Shown here in pieces: positions 25,437-28,175 of a stretch of 28,175 nt of DNA. The notes below the pieces were generated by a model. It did not search any database and had not been told where the DNA came from. It saw only the letters and a list, made by a program, of their open reading frames with translations. Numbering within the stretch: position 1 is the stretch's first letter; each line of letters starts with the position of its first letter. Source of the stretch: Paucimonas sp. (GTDB lineage Bacteria > Pseudomonadota > Gammaproteobacteria > Burkholderiales > Burkholderiaceae_D); the NCBI GenBank assembly GCA_029266815.1, contig JAQSWC010000005.1:1-28175 (forward strand), in the 5' to 3' direction. The position numbers and the translations under genes were made by a program.

Positions 25437-25451
25437 GCCAATGTTAAACGA

Positions 25452-27923
25452 TTAACTGCCTTCAAGGAAGCTCTTGAGCTTGTCGGAGCGTGACGGATGC
25501 CGCAGCTTGCGCAGCGCCTTGGCTTCTATCTGGCGGATGCGCTCGCGCGTGACATCGAACTGCTTGCCGACCTCTTCCAGCGTATGGTCGGTTGACATCT
25601 CAATGCCGAAGCGCATGCGCAACACCTTGGCTTCGCGCGGTGTCAACGAGTCCAACACATCCTTGACCACGCCGCGCATCGATGCATGCAATGCTGCATC
25701 AGAAGGTGCCAGCGTATTGTTGTCCTCGATGAAATCGCCGAGATGCGAATCGTCGTCGTCGCCGATGGGAGTTTCCATCGAGATCGGCTCTTTCGCGATC
25801 TTCATGATCTTGCGGATCTTGTCTTCCGGCATGTCCATCTTGACAGCCAGTGTCGCCGGATCCGGCTCGGCGCCGGTTTCCTGCAAAATCTGGCGCGAGA
25901 TGCGGTTCATCTTGTTGATCGTTTCGATCATATGCACCGGAATACGGATGGTACGCGCCTGGTCCGCGATGGAACGCGTGATCGCCTGGCGGATCCACCA
26001 TGTCGCATAGGTCGAGAATTTGTAGCCGCGGCGATATTCGAACTTGTCCACCGCCTTCATCAGGCCGATATTGCCTTCCTGGATCAGGTCGAGAAATTGC
26101 AGGCCGCGGTTGGTGTATTTCTTGGCGATCGAGATCACCAGACGCAGGTTGGCCTCGGTCATTTCGCGCTTGGCCTTGCGGGCCTTCATCTCGCCAGCGG
26201 ACATCTTCTTGTTGATATCACGCAGGTCAGGCAGCGGCAGCACCACGCGCGCCTGCAGGTCAATCAGTTTCTGCTGCAGTTCCTTGACGGTCGGAACGTT
26301 ACGGCCCAATACTGCGCTATAGCTGTTACCGGCGTTGACTTCGCCATCGACCCAATCGAGATTGGTTTCATTGCCCGGAAAGACCTTGATGAAGTGGTGG
26401 CGCGGCATGCCGCAGCGGTTGACTGCCACTTCCAGAATCTGCTTTTCGATATGGCGGACTTCATCGACTTGGCCACGCAGCGTATCGCACAGTTTCTCAA
26501 CGAATTTCGCAGTGAAACGGATGGAGAGCAGCTCGTCGGAGATGGCTTCCTGCGCCTTCACATAAGGTTTCGAGTTGTAACCCTCTCTCTCGAAAGCCTT
26601 GCGCATCTTGTCGAAGTTGCTGGCGATATTGCCGAACTTGTCGAGCGATTCACGCTTCAACTGTTCTAGCTGTTCGGCAGAGAACCCTGCGGCACCAGAA
26701 GCATTGTTTTCTTCTTCTTCGTCCTCTTCGTCTTCTTCATCCTCTTCGTCTTCATCATCGGAAGCGGCTGCGCCTGTCATTACCTGGTCCTGCTCGGGCG
26801 CATTGGGGTCGACCAGTCCGTCGACAATTTCATCGATCTTCAGGTCATCCTTCTCGATGCGTTCTGCGGCGGTAAGTATCTCGGCAATCGTCGTCGGGCA
26901 GGCGGAGATCGCCTGGATCATGTCCTTCAGGCCTTCTTCGATTCGCTTTGCAATCTCGATCTCGCCTTCGCGAGTCAGCAGTTCAACCGAACCCATCTCG
27001 CGCATGTACATGCGGACCGGGTCAGTGGTGCGTCCGAATTCGGAATCAACGGTCGACAGCGCAGCTTCAGCTGCCGCTTCGGCATCCTCATCCGTCGCGA
27101 CGCTCGGAACCGCATCCGACAGCAACAACGTTTCAGCATCGGGCGCTTGCTCGTAGACGGCAATGCCCATGTCGTTGAAGGTGCTGATAATGCCGTCGAT
27201 CGCTTCGGGATCAACAATGTTCTCTGGCAGATGGTCGTTGATTTCCGCATACGTCAGGAACCCCCGCTCCTTGCCGAGCTTGATCAGGTTCTTCAGCTTC
27301 AGGCGACGCGCCTCGATTTCCTCTTCGCTGGCCTCGGTATCAGACGAGAAAGCTTCTTTCAACAAAGCTTTTTCCTTCGCTTTACGATCCTTGGCACGCG
27401 CCTTATCCGCAGCCTTCAACTCTGCGCGCTCGACCGCATTCAGCGCGGCAACCTCATCATTCTCCGGTTGGAAATCCTTAGGCTTGCGACCGCGGCGGCC
27501 CGGCACCTTCACCGAAGGCAACACGTAAGTGGATGTGTCAATTGCAGCCAAAGCAGCGGCATCGGTTGTCTGTTTGACAGCCGAAACCACGCCTACCACC
27601 TTCTTTTCCGGCTGCGCCGCCGGCTTGGCAGCCTTGGCTACCGTTTTTGCATCAGATTTTTTATTGGTCACAGGAGTCTTCAATGGTGCGGCAGGCGCTT
27701 TTGCAACTGCCTTGGAAACAGGTTTTGCGTTGGATGGCTTGGCTGTCGTTTTAGTGCCCGCACTCACCACAGTTTTCGGCGTTGCCGCTTTCACCGGCTT
27801 GCTCGCCTTTGCCGGTACTGCTTTCTTGGCAATTGGTTTGGCAGCTGTTTTAGAAGCGGCTTTTTTTGCGGAGTTTGCCGAAGATGCCGAGGATTTTGTG
27901 GGTTTCTTCATTGCGTTCGCCAT
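25452..27923 (-). CDS. rpoD: RNA polymerase primary sigma factor sigma70
   Basis: Region 1.1 ([21 protein letters not shown]), 1.2 ([11 protein letters not shown]), 2 ([29 protein letters not shown]) and 4 ([16 protein letters not shown]). Start uncertain (27923 or 27911; the track gives 27962). Confidence 0.97.
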   Translation of the reverse strand: MANAMKKPTKSSASSANSAKKAASKTAAKPIAKKAVPAKASKPVKAATPKTVVSAGTKTTAKPSNAKPVSKAVAKAPAAPLKTPVTNKKSDAKTVAKAAKPAAQPEKKVVGVVSAVKQTTDAAALAAIDTSTYVLPSVKVPGRRGRKPKDFQPENDEVAALNAVERAELKAADKARAKDRKAKEKALLKEAFSSDTEASEEEIEARRLKLKNLIKLGKERGFLTYAEINDHLPENIVDPEAIDGIISTFNDMGIAVYEQAPDAETLLLSDAVPSVATDEDAEAAAEAALSTVDSEFGRTTDPVRMYMREMGSVELLTREGEIEIAKRIEEGLKDMIQAISACPTTIAEILTAAERIEKDDLKIDEIVDGLVDPNAPEQDQVMTGAAASDDEDEEDEEDEEDEEEENNASGAAGFSAEQLEQLKRESLDKFGNIASNFDKMRKAFEREGYNSKPYVKAQEAISDELLSIRFTAKFVEKLCDTLRGQVDEVRHIEKQILEVAVNRCGMPRHHFIKVFPGNETNLDWVDGEVNAGNSYSAVLGRNVPTVKELQQKLIDLQARVVLPLPDLRDINKKMSAGEMKARKAKREMTEANLRLVISIAKKYTNRGLQFLDLIQEGNIGLMKAVDKFEYRRGYKFSTYATWWIRQAITRSIADQARTIRIPVHMIETINKMNRISRQILQETGAEPDPATLAVKMDMPEDKIRKIMKIAKEPISMETPIGDDDDSHLGDFIEDNNTLAPSDAALHASMRGVVKDVLDSLTPREAKVLRMRFGIEMSTDHTLEEVGKQFDVTRERIRQIEAKALRKLRHPSRSDKLKSFLEGS
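26708..26760 (-). repeat. Low-complexity acidic (Asp/Glu) codon run in the RpoD non-conserved region
   Basis: Imperfect (TCT/TCC/TCG/TCA)n run encoding [17 protein letters not shown]. Confidence 0.8.
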
Positions 27924-28068
27924 GGAGTCAACTACCAACTGAATAAGCTCTTGCAGCAGCACAAGCTGCCAAATTGAGCGGTTGTTAGGCTTGTACAGCT
28001 ATGTCTAGGCAAGGCAGGATGTGCAAATTGCCGCCGAACCACGTAAGCCATTGAATCAAAAGCTTTTA

Positions 28069-28079
28069 ATTATATCACA
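28069..28079 (-). promoter_or_regulatory. Extended -10 promoter upstream of rpoD
   Basis: Minus strand reads TGTG-A-TATAAT (a perfect extended -10). No convincing -35. Confidence 0.6.
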
Positions 28080-28115
28080 ATAGACAACATTACCTTGGCA
28101 CACTCTTGCGCGAAC

Positions 28116-28175
28116 TCAACGTTGCGGGGGTTCTGACTGCATTTCCCTCTTTAAAGTTTCTTGCTGCAACATAAG
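28116..28175 (-). CDS. Probable 3' end of DNA primase (cut by window edge)
   Basis: Open frame LMLQQETLKREMQSEPPQR* with a helical look. The dnaG call rests only on the usual dnaG-rpoD synteny. Confidence 0.35.
   Translation of the reverse strand, partial: LMLQQETLKREMQSEPPQR

Noticed and set aside
25686-27977. 327-aa, 185-aa and 276-aa plus-strand ORFs
   Set aside because: Antisense shadows of rpoD; the poly-Ser run is simply the complement of the acidic loop.

Overview
Betaproteobacterial chromosome window. Burkholderiales, probably Oxalobacteraceae, is inferred from the RpoD N-terminal extension, the tRNA-Ile2 sequence and the gluQ/helicase/rpoD gene order. Four blocks are visible. (1) 1-4688: a candidate trans-envelope cyclic-nucleotide signalling cassette. 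It has a divergent exported FecR-like gene (cut by the window edge and absent from the ORF track), a perfect TGTGA-N6-TCACA CRP box, a CHASE2 class III cyclase, a TPR + beta-barrel (Slam/DUF560-like) protein and a Crp-family regulator. (2) 4870-15852: an ABC-exported glycan cluster. It has wzt with no wzm, cysC, a His-motif beta-propeller (candidate sulfotransferase), an E. coli O8-like WbdD/WbdA pair and three further methyltransferases. (3) 16067-22912: a tightly coupled 7-gene GtrABC-like lipid-linked glycosylation module (GT-C-like membrane protein, LegB-like dehydratase, nucleotidyltransferase, RMD-like reductase, GtrB, methyltransferase, GtrA). (4) 22980-28175: core genes gluQ, an RhlE-like DEAD-box helicase starting only 6 nt after tRNA-Ile(CAU), rpoD, and a probable dnaG 3' end. 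All family assignments come from motifs recognised by eye; no database search was run.
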